A stretch of 57,317 bases of DNA from NCBI GenBank assembly GCA_964392115.1, contig CAYMOU010000002.1, positions 1-57,317 on the forward strand, read 5' to 3'. The notes under the pieces are model-generated. The model was not told the DNA's origin and did not search any database. It was given only the letters and a program-made list of their open reading frames with translations. This stretch comes from an uncultured Defluviitaleaceae bacterium (GTDB taxonomy: Bacteria; Bacillota; Clostridia; Lachnospirales; WRBF01). Positions 23,421 to 33,188 of the stretch are shown piece by piece (the stretch's first letter is position 1; each line of letters opens with the position of its first letter). The position numbers and the translations under genes were made by a program.

Positions 23421-24158
23421 TTGAAAAGTGTTATGAAAAAAGTGTTTTATATAATTCTAGCGTTATTTTTGGTGATAGTGGCTATCAGTGCAATTTATTT
23501 CTTACCTTTATTATCAATGAAGCCAAGCGAAACGGGTAAAATTACGGATACGGAAATAATAAGCGTAAAGAACGTAATCGGAAATATGTTTTTTGTTAGG
23601 GCTTCTGATGGATACATAGTAGTTGATGCCGGTTCGGATAAGTCGGCTGTGGAGAAGTCTCTCTCGGATGAAAATATAAGCCCGGAGGAGGTAAAACACA
23701 TACTCTTGACCCATACGGATGCCGACCATGTGGCATCTTTGAGTTTATTCTCCAATGCAAAAATCTATTTAAACCAAGATGAATTACAAATGGTAAACGG
23801 ACAAACCAAGCGTAGCGGTAACTATAACGCCTTACCCGGCGGTATTAACCTTGACGACTTGATTTTGCTTCAAGATGAACAAGAATTAACCCTAGGAGAT
23901 CACAAAATCAAATGTATTTCCGCTCCGGGGCATACACCGGGTTCTATGGCTTATTTAATGAACGGCGAATACTTGTTTTCAGGCGATGCTTTTAAAGTAA
24001 GCGATGGTGTTCTCAGCGTTCACCCTTATACTATGGATGAGGAAAAAAGCAAAAAGACTGTACACAAAATCTACGATACTATCAAGGAAAGTAAGCTTGT
24101 TTTAACAGCACATTACGGGAATACAAAATCCACAGAATTAAAGGGTATTAACGAATAA
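23421..24158 (+). CDS. metallo-beta-lactamase fold hydrolase, N-terminally anchored
   Basis: THTDADH, PGHTPG, SGDA. Confidence 0.88.
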   Translation: MKSVMKKVFYIILALFLVIVAISAIYFLPLLSMKPSETGKITDTEIISVKNVIGNMFFVRASDGYIVVDAGSDKSAVEKSLSDENISPEEVKHILLTHTDADHVASLSLFSNAKIYLNQDELQMVNGQTKRSGNYNALPGGINLDDLILLQDEQELTLGDHKIKCISAPGHTPGSMAYLMNGEYLFSGDAFKVSDGVLSVHPYTMDEEKSKKTVHKIYDTIKESKLVLTAHYGNTKSTELKGINE

Positions 24159-24165
24159 TTTGGAA

Positions 24166-24203
24166 TAACAAAAGGTATTGCTTTTTAGCAATACCTTTTG
24201 TTA
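24166..24203 (+). terminator. intrinsic terminator
   Basis: Perfect 17-bp inverted repeat TAACAAAAGGTATTGCT. Confidence 0.8.
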
Positions 24204-24259
24204 CATAAAAATCGAATAATATTAACTGCCTAAAAACATTAATTGAGAGTTGTGAGATT

Positions 24260-24493
24260 ATGAGTTTAAAAAAACCGGTTTACCCTATGCCGGACTATGT
24301 ATCCCAAGCTTTGGACAGAGAAAACCTGACAGATAAATACAGGTCAAGACCGGCTTACCAAAGGAACGATTATATAGGTTGGATTACCCGAGCCAAACGA
24401 GAGGAAACCAAAGAAAAACGGCTGAATCAAATGCTTACGGAATTAAGAAACGGCGATAAGTACATGGGCATGGACTATAGAGCCAAGGAATAG
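24260..24493 (+). CDS. YdeI/OmpD-associated family protein
   Basis: RPAYQRNDYIGWITRAKREETKEKRL. Confidence 0.85.
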   Translation: MSLKKPVYPMPDYVSQALDRENLTDKYRSRPAYQRNDYIGWITRAKREETKEKRLNQMLTELRNGDKYMGMDYRAKE

Positions 24494-24495
24494 TT

Positions 24496-25905
24496 TTAGC
24501 TGTCGACTACCTGCAATTTCCGGTCGTTTATGCCCAACAGATAAGTGCCTTGATTGATGTAGCCTTGAATTTGGTTGATTTTAGTTTGGGTTATTTCTTC
24601 GCCTACAGACAAAATCGGGACTCCCGGTGGATAGGGTATAACTTTACCGGCGGATACTTTACCCACAGAAGCTTGCAGGGGTACATATTTACAGGGTAAG
24701 TAAAAAGCTTCTCGGGGTGTGAGGATTTGTTTTGTAGGGATAAAGCTAAATTCAGGACGGCAACCGGATTCCGGCGGTAATTTCAGAGTTGTATCTGTTT
24801 GTTTAACAGCCTTGATTAAGCGTTTTATTCCCTTGGAGGTATCGGCTATGCCGGTGATTGCAAGTACATAATTGTGAGCACTCATTTCGGGCAGGAGTTT
24901 ATGACTCTTAATCAGTAGTTCTTCCAACAATTTTCCTGTCATTTCTTTCGGGTTGGTTAACAGCACGATTTTGCTTATGTCCTTTTCGTATACGGAGAAG
25001 CTTCCATTATATTCATTTCCCAAAATTCTGATTTTTTTGCAGGAACTTAACTCCCTGTAGGCATGATTTATCAGTTGGGCATATTTATCAAAGCAGATAC
25101 GGGACTTTGTAGAGGTTAAAAAATCCGCAAAAAAAGAAAGAGTTCCCATAAGACCGTAAGATGGACTGGTGGTCTGCACTAAGTTAAGGGCTTGAGACAG
25201 GCGATTTTTGTCAACTCTCTTGCTTGTTAGGATTAATGCGGATTGCCCGTAGGTTGGCAGGGTTTTATGCAGGCTGATTATTACTATGTCTGCACCTTGT
25301 TGTATGGCCGAATCCGGAAAGATGGGATCCAAGCCGAAATGCGCACCGTGGGCTTGGTCCACTATGAGCAATTTATTGTACTTTCGGCAGAGGTTAGCTG
25401 TTTCTCTTATATCCGAGCATAAGCCGGTATATGTAGGGCTTGTGATGTAAACAGCTGCAATGTCCTTTTCGGTAGAAAGAAGTGCTTCCAAATGCTTTGG
25501 ATTAATGCCGCCTTCCAAACCGTTAGGCAGTATTTCGGGATAAACATACAAGGGTGTTGCACCGGATAAAATCAGCCCGGAATAGGCGCTTTTATGACTG
25601 TTCCCGGCCATGAGGATTTTTTCGCAGGGTTTGCAAGCATAAGTTATAGCTGCAAGTATTCCTACGGTAGCGCCGTTTACTGAAATATAGGCGGAATCTG
25701 CACGGTAGATTTCTGCATATTTTTTTTGGAGCCTGTCTATGGCGCCGGTGGGTTGGTGTAGGTTATCTGTCTCGGCAAGCTCGGTCAAATCCAGCGAAAG
25801 AAAATCACGGTGGATAAATTTCGGGTTGCGTTTATGACCCGGCATATGAAAGGGATAGAATTTGTTATAGGCTTTTAAAATTTCATGCAAAGGTTTGATT
25901 TTCAA
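24496..25905 (-). CDS. Orn/Lys/Arg decarboxylase family PLP enzyme
   Basis: FHMPGHK, DQAHG, SLHKTLP (PLP lysine), PYPPGVP; TTG start. Confidence 0.9.
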   Translation of the reverse strand: MKIKPLHEILKAYNKFYPFHMPGHKRNPKFIHRDFLSLDLTELAETDNLHQPTGAIDRLQKKYAEIYRADSAYISVNGATVGILAAITYACKPCEKILMAGNSHKSAYSGLILSGATPLYVYPEILPNGLEGGINPKHLEALLSTEKDIAAVYITSPTYTGLCSDIRETANLCRKYNKLLIVDQAHGAHFGLDPIFPDSAIQQGADIVIISLHKTLPTYGQSALILTSKRVDKNRLSQALNLVQTTSPSYGLMGTLSFFADFLTSTKSRICFDKYAQLINHAYRELSSCKKIRILGNEYNGSFSVYEKDISKIVLLTNPKEMTGKLLEELLIKSHKLLPEMSAHNYVLAITGIADTSKGIKRLIKAVKQTDTTLKLPPESGCRPEFSFIPTKQILTPREAFYLPCKYVPLQASVGKVSAGKVIPYPPGVPILSVGEEITQTKINQIQGYINQGTYLLGINDRKLQVVDS

Positions 25906-26659
25906 TTAAGGTGCCTCCGTATTCTTCGGTGCTGCCTACCACCTTGCCCACGGTTTTAAGCAAATCGGTATGGTGGATTTCGATGGGGTGGTAGGCTTGG
26001 TTAAGGGAAAGAAGATAAATCCTCTCCTTGGCGTAGTCGATTTTTAATTTTTTGCAATAGGCTTCCCTGTCATAAATAAAAATACCCACATCACCCTCTT
26101 CCAGCTTGGGTAAGGCCTCTACAAAGACGATTTGACCGTCTTTTATTTTTGGCTCCATGCTGTCGCCCTTAATTCTGATACCGAAGCTTGTTTTAGCCGG
26201 TACAGCTTCTTGATCAAATTCCAACAAGTCATAATTGTCGTCCTCAAAGAGGTAATTTCCCAAACCGGCCGAGGCATTTTGGCTGTATACCTTGACTATA
26301 CGCTTGCTAAAGCGGTAATCGGGCTCAGGGTTAAATATACGTTCGTGTTCCAGTTGTATAATGGCGAGAACGGTTTTTTTGCCGTGACTGTCAAGCAGGC
26401 GGAAAACCTCCACAAGCTTTTCTTCACTTTGGTCAAAGGACCGTTCTTTTTCCCAATCCAAAAGTTCATTAACGCTAATCCCCAGGATTCTGCAAATGCT
26501 TTTAATATTGTTTATGTCAGGGGATGATTTGCCAACCTCCCAAGAGCTGTAGGTGGACTGAGGTATTTTAAGTTGCGAGTAAATATCTTTCTGGGTTAAG
26601 CCTGCCTTTTTTCTTGCTTTTTTAAGAAAATCCGCAAAATTATTCTTAGACATTAACAT
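25883..26659 (-). CDS. CI/LexA-type repressor (XRE HTH + S24 autopeptidase)
   Basis: HTH QSTYSSWEVGKSSP, ASAGLG cleavage site, GDSMEP catalytic Ser, CKKL catalytic Lys. Confidence 0.92.
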   Translation of the reverse strand: MLMSKNNFADFLKKARKKAGLTQKDIYSQLKIPQSTYSSWEVGKSSPDINNIKSICRILGISVNELLDWEKERSFDQSEEKLVEVFRLLDSHGKKTVLAIIQLEHERIFNPEPDYRFSKRIVKVYSQNASAGLGNYLFEDDNYDLLEFDQEAVPAKTSFGIRIKGDSMEPKIKDGQIVFVEALPKLEEGDVGIFIYDREAYCKKLKIDYAKERIYLLSLNQAYHPIEIHHTDLLKTVGKVVGSTEEYGGTLIENQTFA

Positions 26660-26707
26660 CTACCTTTCGTTTTGATTAAATAATTAACCATAAATTGTAA
26701 ATAATTG

Positions 26708-26736
26708 TTGACAAACAAATTATTCAATGTTATAAT
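26708..26736 (+). promoter_or_regulatory. consensus sigma-A promoter facing the phage-like operon
   Basis: TTGACA(26708)-17 nt-TATAAT(26731) with extended -10 TG. Confidence 0.85.
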
Positions 26737-26739
26737 GCC

Positions 26740-26768
26740 ATTATAACGAAAAATTCGTTATTTGTAAA
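26740..26768 (-). promoter_or_regulatory. divergent sigma-A promoter for the repressor
   Basis: Minus strand TTTACA-17 nt-TATAAT. Confidence 0.75.
26743..26761. promoter_or_regulatory. putative repressor operator
   Basis: Perfect palindrome ATAACGAA-aaa-TTCGTTAT overlapping both promoters. Confidence 0.7.
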
Positions 26769-26984
26769 TCCCTTCTTATACCACTTCTATTGTTTTAGTG
26801 CTTGTCATTAAAATGTCTACCATCCTTCTATTTTCCATTTCTAACCCGCATTACCGCTTCGAAAGGTTACATAAAATTTCGGTTCTGCGGGAGATTCTCT
26901 GAATGAATTGTATTCTACCGTACCGGAAATGTAACTGTCGTTTAAACTAAACCCTTTTTAAAAAAATACATTCCTATAAATGTT

Positions 26985-27086
26985 ATACTGATTCCATATT
27001 TAATAAAGGATAAAAATTTGCAGATTATCCTTGAATCTTTGTCTAAATTGCAAATTTTTGTCTACTGTTTTAAATGGAATCAGTAT
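26985..27086 (+). mobile_element. 102-bp MITE-like element, copy A (family 1)
   Basis: 13-bp terminal inverted repeats ATACTGATTCCAT, internal palindrome, three copies in the window. Confidence 0.8.
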
Positions 27087-27142
27087 TAGCTGATAGGCCT
27101 TAATCAAGGGTTAGTTGAAGTTTATCTTAGAGAGGTGATGAA

Positions 27143-27904
27143 TTGCCTGTTTCAGACATTCGTAAAAAAGCTTTTGAGTTATACAAGGGTCAAAAAGGTA
27201 AAATCAAGCTTTCGGAAATTGCAAGAACTTTAGATACCGGTTATTCCAACGTGGCGTACTGGAAAAAGGCCGATAATTGGGAGAAATTCTTGCAAAATCA
27301 AAATGATGACAGCCTGCTTGACGCTGTGGAAAACAACGGGCTTTTGGACGAACACGAAAAAATGTTCTGTCTCAGTTATATCAAAAATTTCAATTATTTT
27401 CAATCGGCAGTAAACGCCGGCTATGCGAAAAACGAAGCCAAGCAAAAGGGTCATGCCCTGTTGGCCAAGCCCGAAATACGCAATATGATTATGGAGCTTA
27501 AACAAATCAGGCGAAAAAGTCTTTTGATTGATGAGTTTGATATACTGGAACGGCATATGCAAATTGCTTTTGCGGATATAAACGATTATATCGTTTTTGG
27601 AACCGAAGAAAACGACACCGACGGAAGCAATCAGAATATACTTTATTTTAAGGACAGTGCTCAAGTGGACGGCTGTTTGGTTTGCGAAGTATCCAAAACC
27701 AGAGACGGCCCTCACATAAAACTGGCCGATCGGCAAAAGTCTCTGGATTGGCTTTCGAATTATTTCTTTCTTAATCCCCTGGATAGGCATAAACAGGACT
27801 TTGATTTAAAAAAACTTGCACTCGAACAGGAAAAATTGCATTTATCTCGGTCAGACAGCCAGGCAACTCCGGTTGAAATAGAGATAAAGCGAAAAGAGGA
27901 TTAA
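27143..27904 (+). CDS. terminase small subunit
   Basis: N-terminal HTH (..YWKKADNW), FCLSYIKNFN..SAVNAGY, IAFADI, IKLADRQKSL; TTG start behind GAGGTG. Confidence 0.88.
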   Translation: MPVSDIRKKAFELYKGQKGKIKLSEIARTLDTGYSNVAYWKKADNWEKFLQNQNDDSLLDAVENNGLLDEHEKMFCLSYIKNFNYFQSAVNAGYAKNEAKQKGHALLAKPEIRNMIMELKQIRRKSLLIDEFDILERHMQIAFADINDYIVFGTEENDTDGSNQNILYFKDSAQVDGCLVCEVSKTRDGPHIKLADRQKSLDWLSNYFFLNPLDRHKQDFDLKKLALEQEKLHLSRSDSQATPVEIEIKRKED

Positions 27905-27957
27905 CGCTTGAAATTTCACCGGCGTAAACTTGTCATATATTCTGTTCGGAGGTAAAA

Positions 27958-29244
27958 ATGATTACCAAGGAAATTAATCCTCATTTCGAAGAATTTATTT
28001 TCGACTGGAATCATAAATTTTATTTTTTGCTTGGCGGTTACGGCTCGTCTAAAAGTCATCATTGTGCATTAAAACTGCTGTTAAAGTTATTGCAGGAAAA
28101 ACGAGTGGCTTTAGTGGTAAGGCAGGTTTTTGCAACCCTCCGAGATAGCTGTTTTGCATTGTTTTTACAGCTTATAGACGACCTGCAAATTTGGAATTTG
28201 GTCAAGCCCGTGTTAAACCCCATGCAGATAAAATTTAAAAATGGTTCCAGATTAATCTTTAAAGGATTGGACTCTCCCGAAAAACTGAAATCCATCTCCA
28301 ACGTTACCATAGCATGGATAGAAGAATGCGGCGAATTGAATTATGCCGGATTTAAAGAAATGCTGGGACGTCTTCGTCACCCTTCCCTTTCTTTGCATTT
28401 TTTGCTTTCCACCAATCCCATTTCAAAAAGTAATTGGACATATTCTCACTTCATTACAGAGCCTTCAAAAACCTTTCATTTGGACGTAGAGCAGAAATTA
28501 TACGCTCAAAAGTCTTTTTCCCTTTCTCATACCTATTATCACCATTCAACCGTTGAACACAATCGTTTTATTTCCCCTGATTATATAGAACAACTGGATA
28601 ATTTGTCCGGCTTTGACCCGGATTTGTACAGAATAGCACGCCTGGGCGTTTTTGGGCAAACCGGCACCTTGGTTTTTCCTCAATTTGAAGTTGCACCCCA
28701 TAATGAAGTTATTTCGGCCTTGTCAGACAAAAAGGACATTATCAGACGGGTAGGCATGGACTTTGGCTTTGAAGTCAGTTATAACGCCGTGGTTCGGGTA
28801 GCGGTTGATATCGCCGACAAAATTTTATACATATACTGGGAATATTACAAAAATAAGATGACCGATGATATTACCGCAACAGAGCTGGAGGAGTTTAAAA
28901 CCACAAAAGAACTGATTTATGCGGATTGTGCCGAGCCAAAAACCATAAGGTATTATTGCCAACAGGGGTTTAAAATGGTAGCCGCAAAAAAATTTCAAGG
29001 CAGTCGTTTGCAAAATACCAAGAAAATCAAGCGTTTTTCAAGGATTATTTGTTCCGATAATTGCCCAAATGCGGTAAACGAGCTTTCCAATCTTTGCTTT
29101 GCAAAAGACCGTAACGGCAACATTATTGAGGATCAATTTAATACAGACCCACATACCCTTTCAGCTGTTTGGTATGCGCTTGACGGTTTCGAATTTGCTG
29201 ATTTGAAAAAGCACAGGTCATACAGCGGCAATATTTTGAGGTAA
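27958..29244 (+). CDS. PBSX-family terminase large subunit
   Basis: GGYGSSKS Walker A, WIEEC Walker B, STNP, GMDFG and ADCAEP nuclease motifs. Confidence 0.93.
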   Translation: MITKEINPHFEEFIFDWNHKFYFLLGGYGSSKSHHCALKLLLKLLQEKRVALVVRQVFATLRDSCFALFLQLIDDLQIWNLVKPVLNPMQIKFKNGSRLIFKGLDSPEKLKSISNVTIAWIEECGELNYAGFKEMLGRLRHPSLSLHFLLSTNPISKSNWTYSHFITEPSKTFHLDVEQKLYAQKSFSLSHTYYHHSTVEHNRFISPDYIEQLDNLSGFDPDLYRIARLGVFGQTGTLVFPQFEVAPHNEVISALSDKKDIIRRVGMDFGFEVSYNAVVRVAVDIADKILYIYWEYYKNKMTDDITATELEEFKTTKELIYADCAEPKTIRYYCQQGFKMVAAKKFQGSRLQNTKKIKRFSRIICSDNCPNAVNELSNLCFAKDRNGNIIEDQFNTDPHTLSAVWYALDGFEFADLKKHRSYSGNILR

Positions 29245-29279
29245 GCTTAGGTTTTTTCGAAAGGACTAAAGGAGGTATT

Positions 29280-30647
29280 ATGCATAATTATATGCAAATT
29301 GTTAAGGAGGAGTTAGAGGGGCTTTACGGAGAAAGCGTATTGGCCGATTTGGCCGATATTCTTAGGCTTTACGATATATACGAAGGTTTGGAACACAGGT
29401 TTTTTAGTCAACCGGAGCGGGGTCTTGATTATGTGCCCACCAAAAAAAGCACCAACTTCATAAAAAAACTCATAAAGGAGCAGGCCAGATTTTTGTTTGG
29501 AAAAACTCCGGAGTTTTCGTTAATTTCCAAAGAAAAAGAACGGGCACAAGACTTGCTTGAGTTTTTCAACAGAACTCTCACCCTTAATTCTCTCCCGGAC
29601 AAGCTTATCAAGGCGGCTAGGGATTGTTTTATAGGTAAAAGAGTTGCCGTAAAGCTTTCGCAAGGTAAGGATGGTTTAAAAGTTTCCTTTGTTCCGGCGT
29701 ATGCCTTTGTGTTTGTTGCTAAGGATAATGACCCGGAAGAACCGGCTTGCATGACTTTTTTTCATCAACAAAACAACGCCCCGTTAAAAGCAGACCAACG
29801 GATTTGGAAACAGAAATACAGCTTGGAAAACGGGAAATGCATTTTAAACGAGGGTATTTTTGACGGATTTGGCAGGCCTGTGGAGATTTTGTTTAAAAAT
29901 GAAGATACCGGTTTGGATTTTATTCCGGCACGGGTAATACTAAATGACGGCTTGTCCGGAGAGTTGACCGGTGAAAGCGATGTAAAGGAGTTGATTAATG
30001 CACAGTTTTTGTATGACAAGGTATCTTCCGACGATATTGACGCCTTGAGGTTTAATATGTTTCCTCAAACGGTGGCGGTGAACGCATCCGAGGAAAGCTT
30101 GGAATCGTTGGTGATTTCACCTTCGGCTTTGATTGATTTGCAGGCTGAACATACGTCACCGGATTCGGAGCCGAAAATCTACAAGCTGGAATCCTCATTT
30201 AACTATGGCGACAGAATAGAAAATATTCTGAACAGGTTAAAAGGTGATATGCATGAATTGCTGAATATTCCCAATCTTTCCCCGGCTGAATTAAAGGGTT
30301 TTATGACTTCCGGAAAGACCATGCAGGCTTTGTATTGGCAGTTGGCTTCACGTTGTGAGGAAAAGTTTGCAACTTGGAGACCGGCCTTGGAATGGCTTTG
30401 TAAAGCCGTATTGAATATGTCTTACGAATACGGCTTTTTAAAGGTGAAACCTCCGGAGGACTTGCAGGTGAATGTTGAAAATGTATATCCGCTGGCTGTA
30501 GATGAATACGAGGAAAAAAACATGGATTTAAAGGCGGTTTCGTTGGGAGCAATGAGCAAGAAATCTTATATAGGCAAGTGGAATAAGGATTTTTCCGGTG
30601 AGAGGGCTGTTGAGGAGTTGGCGCAAATATTATCGGAAAACGAATAA
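29280..30647 (+). CDS. SPP1 gp6-like portal protein
   Basis: Size and position; ARFLFG, GESDV, SGKTMQALYWQL motifs. Confidence 0.85.
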   Translation: MHNYMQIVKEELEGLYGESVLADLADILRLYDIYEGLEHRFFSQPERGLDYVPTKKSTNFIKKLIKEQARFLFGKTPEFSLISKEKERAQDLLEFFNRTLTLNSLPDKLIKAARDCFIGKRVAVKLSQGKDGLKVSFVPAYAFVFVAKDNDPEEPACMTFFHQQNNAPLKADQRIWKQKYSLENGKCILNEGIFDGFGRPVEILFKNEDTGLDFIPARVILNDGLSGELTGESDVKELINAQFLYDKVSSDDIDALRFNMFPQTVAVNASEESLESLVISPSALIDLQAEHTSPDSEPKIYKLESSFNYGDRIENILNRLKGDMHELLNIPNLSPAELKGFMTSGKTMQALYWQLASRCEEKFATWRPALEWLCKAVLNMSYEYGFLKVKPPEDLQVNVENVYPLAVDEYEEKNMDLKAVSLGAMSKKSYIGKWNKDFSGERAVEELAQILSENE

Positions 30648-30667
30648 TTCGTTTATAAGGAGGCAAT

Positions 30668-31147
30668 ATGAATCACGAAGAATTGGCTTTATTGGGTTTG
30701 AACGAGGAACAAATCGCAAAAATCTCTATTTTACACAATGCTGTACTTGAAGGTTACATACCAAAGGCGGACTACGAAAATCAAGTTCAATCATTTAACC
30801 GGCTGAAAATGGTCAGTGCTTTGGATAAGGCATTAATTACGGCAGGTGCCAAAAACCCGGCGGCTGTAAGAGGGCTGTTGAATTTCGATAGCCTTACCTT
30901 AAATGAAGACGGCTCGGTAGTGGGCTTGCAGGAGCAGTTATCCGGTTTGAAAACATCCGACAGCTATTTGTTTAAGGAAACCGGGCTGAAAAACTTGGGC
31001 AGTATGGGCAGTTTCTCAAGAAATCCTTATTCCGGACAGGTCAACCCTTGGGCTAAGGACAGCTTTAACTTAACGCTTCAGGCGAAAATTTTAAAAGAAA
31101 ACCCGGATATGGCTCAAAAATTAATGGCTTTGGCCGGGGTTCGATAA
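30668..31147 (+). CDS. capsid scaffolding protein (GP20-like)
   Basis: LGLNEEQI, AGAKN, LKTSDSYLF, NPW. Confidence 0.85.
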   Translation: MNHEELALLGLNEEQIAKISILHNAVLEGYIPKADYENQVQSFNRLKMVSALDKALITAGAKNPAAVRGLLNFDSLTLNEDGSVVGLQEQLSGLKTSDSYLFKETGLKNLGSMGSFSRNPYSGQVNPWAKDSFNLTLQAKILKENPDMAQKLMALAGVR

Positions 31148-31183
31148 CCCGGTGAATAATTTAAAAATATAAGGAGGAATTTC

Positions 31184-32146
31184 ATGTTTTTTAATACTCA
31201 ATTGGCGGATTTAATAGTACCGGAATTGTTTGACCCCTTTGTTTTAAACTCAATTTTATCTGTGTCTCCGCTTGTAAAGTCAGGGATTATGTCTAATTTG
31301 CCTGTTTTTGACAAGCTGGCTTCTCAACCTACGGATGTTGTTAAAATACCGTTTTTTCAGGAACTTACGGGAGATTCCGAACAGATTGCAGAAGGTGTTT
31401 CTCTTACCGCAGATAACCTTACGCCCGGTATAGACAGGGCGCCCATTATAAGAAGGGCGAAAATGTGGTCGTCTACGGATTTAACCTCGGCTATGTCCGG
31501 TGCAGACCCTATGGCGGCAATCGGAGAACTGGTTGCACGGTTCTGGGTAAAGGATATGCAAAAGGAATTGATTAATATTTTAGGCGGTGCTTTTGCTTCG
31601 GCAAGTATGGCATCCAATGTGCTGGATATAAGCACAACAAATGAATCAAGTTGGTCGGGAGCTGCTTTTATTGATGCCCAACAGTTATTGGGCGATGCAC
31701 AGGAAAGTCTTTCTGCGGTTTTAATGCACAGCAAGACCAAGGCATTTTTAAAGAAATGTAACTTGCTGGACGAAATTCGTCCCTCGGATAACCCGGGTTT
31801 TGACTCCTACCAAGGGGTAAGGGTAATAGTAGACGACGATTGCCCGGTTTCCTCCGGCGTGTACACAACTTACCTTTTCGGTGAGGGTGCTGTGGCTTTG
31901 GGTAACGGTAACCCGGTGGGGTTTGTTCCTACGGAGGTTGACCGGGACAGAAAAAAAGGCTCCGGTGTGGATTTCTTGATAAGCCGGAAAAACTTTATAC
32001 TTCATCCCAGAGGAATTAAATTCCTTAATACAGAAGTATCCAAGGAGGAAGGTCCTTCCAGAGAAGAACTGGCTATGCCCCAAAACTGGAGCCGAGTTTA
32101 TGAGCCAAAGCAAATTCGTATAGTGAAGTTTGTGCATAAACTCTAG
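31184..32146 (+). CDS. major capsid protein
   Basis: TQLADLIVPELF, SGADPMAAIG, GVRVIVDD, HPRG, NWSRVYEPKQI; strong RBS. Confidence 0.9.
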   Translation: MFFNTQLADLIVPELFDPFVLNSILSVSPLVKSGIMSNLPVFDKLASQPTDVVKIPFFQELTGDSEQIAEGVSLTADNLTPGIDRAPIIRRAKMWSSTDLTSAMSGADPMAAIGELVARFWVKDMQKELINILGGAFASASMASNVLDISTTNESSWSGAAFIDAQQLLGDAQESLSAVLMHSKTKAFLKKCNLLDEIRPSDNPGFDSYQGVRVIVDDDCPVSSGVYTTYLFGEGAVALGNGNPVGFVPTEVDRDRKKGSGVDFLISRKNFILHPRGIKFLNTEVSKEEGPSREELAMPQNWSRVYEPKQIRIVKFVHKL

Positions 32147-32161
32147 CCCCGGGAGGTTATT

Positions 32162-32443
32162 ATGACTCAAGCGGAAATGATTGAAGAATTAAAAAAGAAC
32201 CTGCGTGAGGAAAGCGCCCCGTTTTTCAGCGACGAGGAGCTGTTACATACACTTAAAAACAGTCGGTTTGACGTAAGTATCGCAACTTATGACTGTCTGT
32301 TAAAAAAGGCGGAGGACGATTCTGTAACGCTGCCGTCCGGGTTAACCGTGCCGAATAACAAGGGTTACTGGTTAAGACTGGCCAGAAGATACAGGCATAA
32401 CAAGGCCGGTATTTTGAAAAGGAGTGACGAGTATTGTCGTTAA
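32162..32443 (+). CDS. head-tail adaptor-like protein
   Basis: Position after the capsid gene; LREESAPFFSDEEL. Confidence 0.7.
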   Translation: MTQAEMIEELKKNLREESAPFFSDEELLHTLKNSRFDVSIATYDCLLKKAEDDSVTLPSGLTVPNNKGYWLRLARRYRHNKAGILKRSDEYCR

Positions 32444-32793
32444 AAACACACTCTTTCCGTAGTAAACTGGCTAACGCCTTAAAAAAAGCACCTGTTACCG
32501 TAAGTGTTTACAGAAAAAACGAAGATGACAGTTCCCAAGACGAAATTTTCGTTGCCGAAATTTTGGGGCATTTCTATAAGCCCAAAAAACGCCATATTCC
32601 TTTTGCTTTGGGTGACTTGGGCATGAACACCATGCGGCATTTTGATAAGTTTATTACCGTCTTTGATGAAAATTCAACGAGTGTGAAAGTATGGGACTTT
32701 TTCAGACATCAAGGTGTGACTTATCAAATTACGGATTTGGGTGATTATTTCGATGTGTATATGGACTTTTCCTTGGAGAGATTGGGAAGTTGA
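32434..32793 (+). CDS. head-closure-like protein
   Basis: Position, size and beta-rich pattern; TTG start. Confidence 0.6.
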   Translation: MSLKTHSFRSKLANALKKAPVTVSVYRKNEDDSSQDEIFVAEILGHFYKPKKRHIPFALGDLGMNTMRHFDKFITVFDENSTSVKVWDFFRHQGVTYQITDLGDYFDVYMDFSLERLGS

Positions 32794-32810
32794 TTTCCGG
32801 GAGGTGCTTA

Positions 32811-33125
32811 ATGTTGGAATTTATCACAGCCGAATTTGAGGAAGGCATAGGCAAGCTTGCGGCTGACCTGTCTCAAAGCTTAACGACTTTGGGAGAAAAA
32901 CTGGCAGCTGATTTTAAAAGTTACGCCAAAGCCAACGCTCCCTGGACTGACAGAACAGGTATGTTACGCAGAAGCATAGACAGTTGTTTTGCTATCGAAA
33001 AAGGCATATTGGAAGTGGTTCTTTTCGACGCAGAACCTTATGGGGTATTTTTAGAGCTTTGCTTCGAAAAAAGGTTTGCCATACTTATGCCTACGGTGGA
33101 ATTGCTTTGCGGAAGTTTAATATGA
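32811..33125 (+). CDS. HK97 gp10-like neck protein
   Basis: AKANAPWTDRTG, YGVFLEL; ATG at 32811 behind GGAGGTG. Confidence 0.8.
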   Translation: MLEFITAEFEEGIGKLAADLSQSLTTLGEKLAADFKSYAKANAPWTDRTGMLRRSIDSCFAIEKGILEVVLFDAEPYGVFLELCFEKRFAILMPTVELLCGSLI

Positions 33126-33188
33126 CAAACGAAGAAAACAAGTGAGATTTAAGGTAAGTCATTCCCTACAAAAGAAAAGAGGTGCTGA

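Noticed and set aside
26743-26984. cro-like gene in the operon leader
   Set aside because: Only 15-29 codon ORFs with weak or no RBS and no HTH pattern
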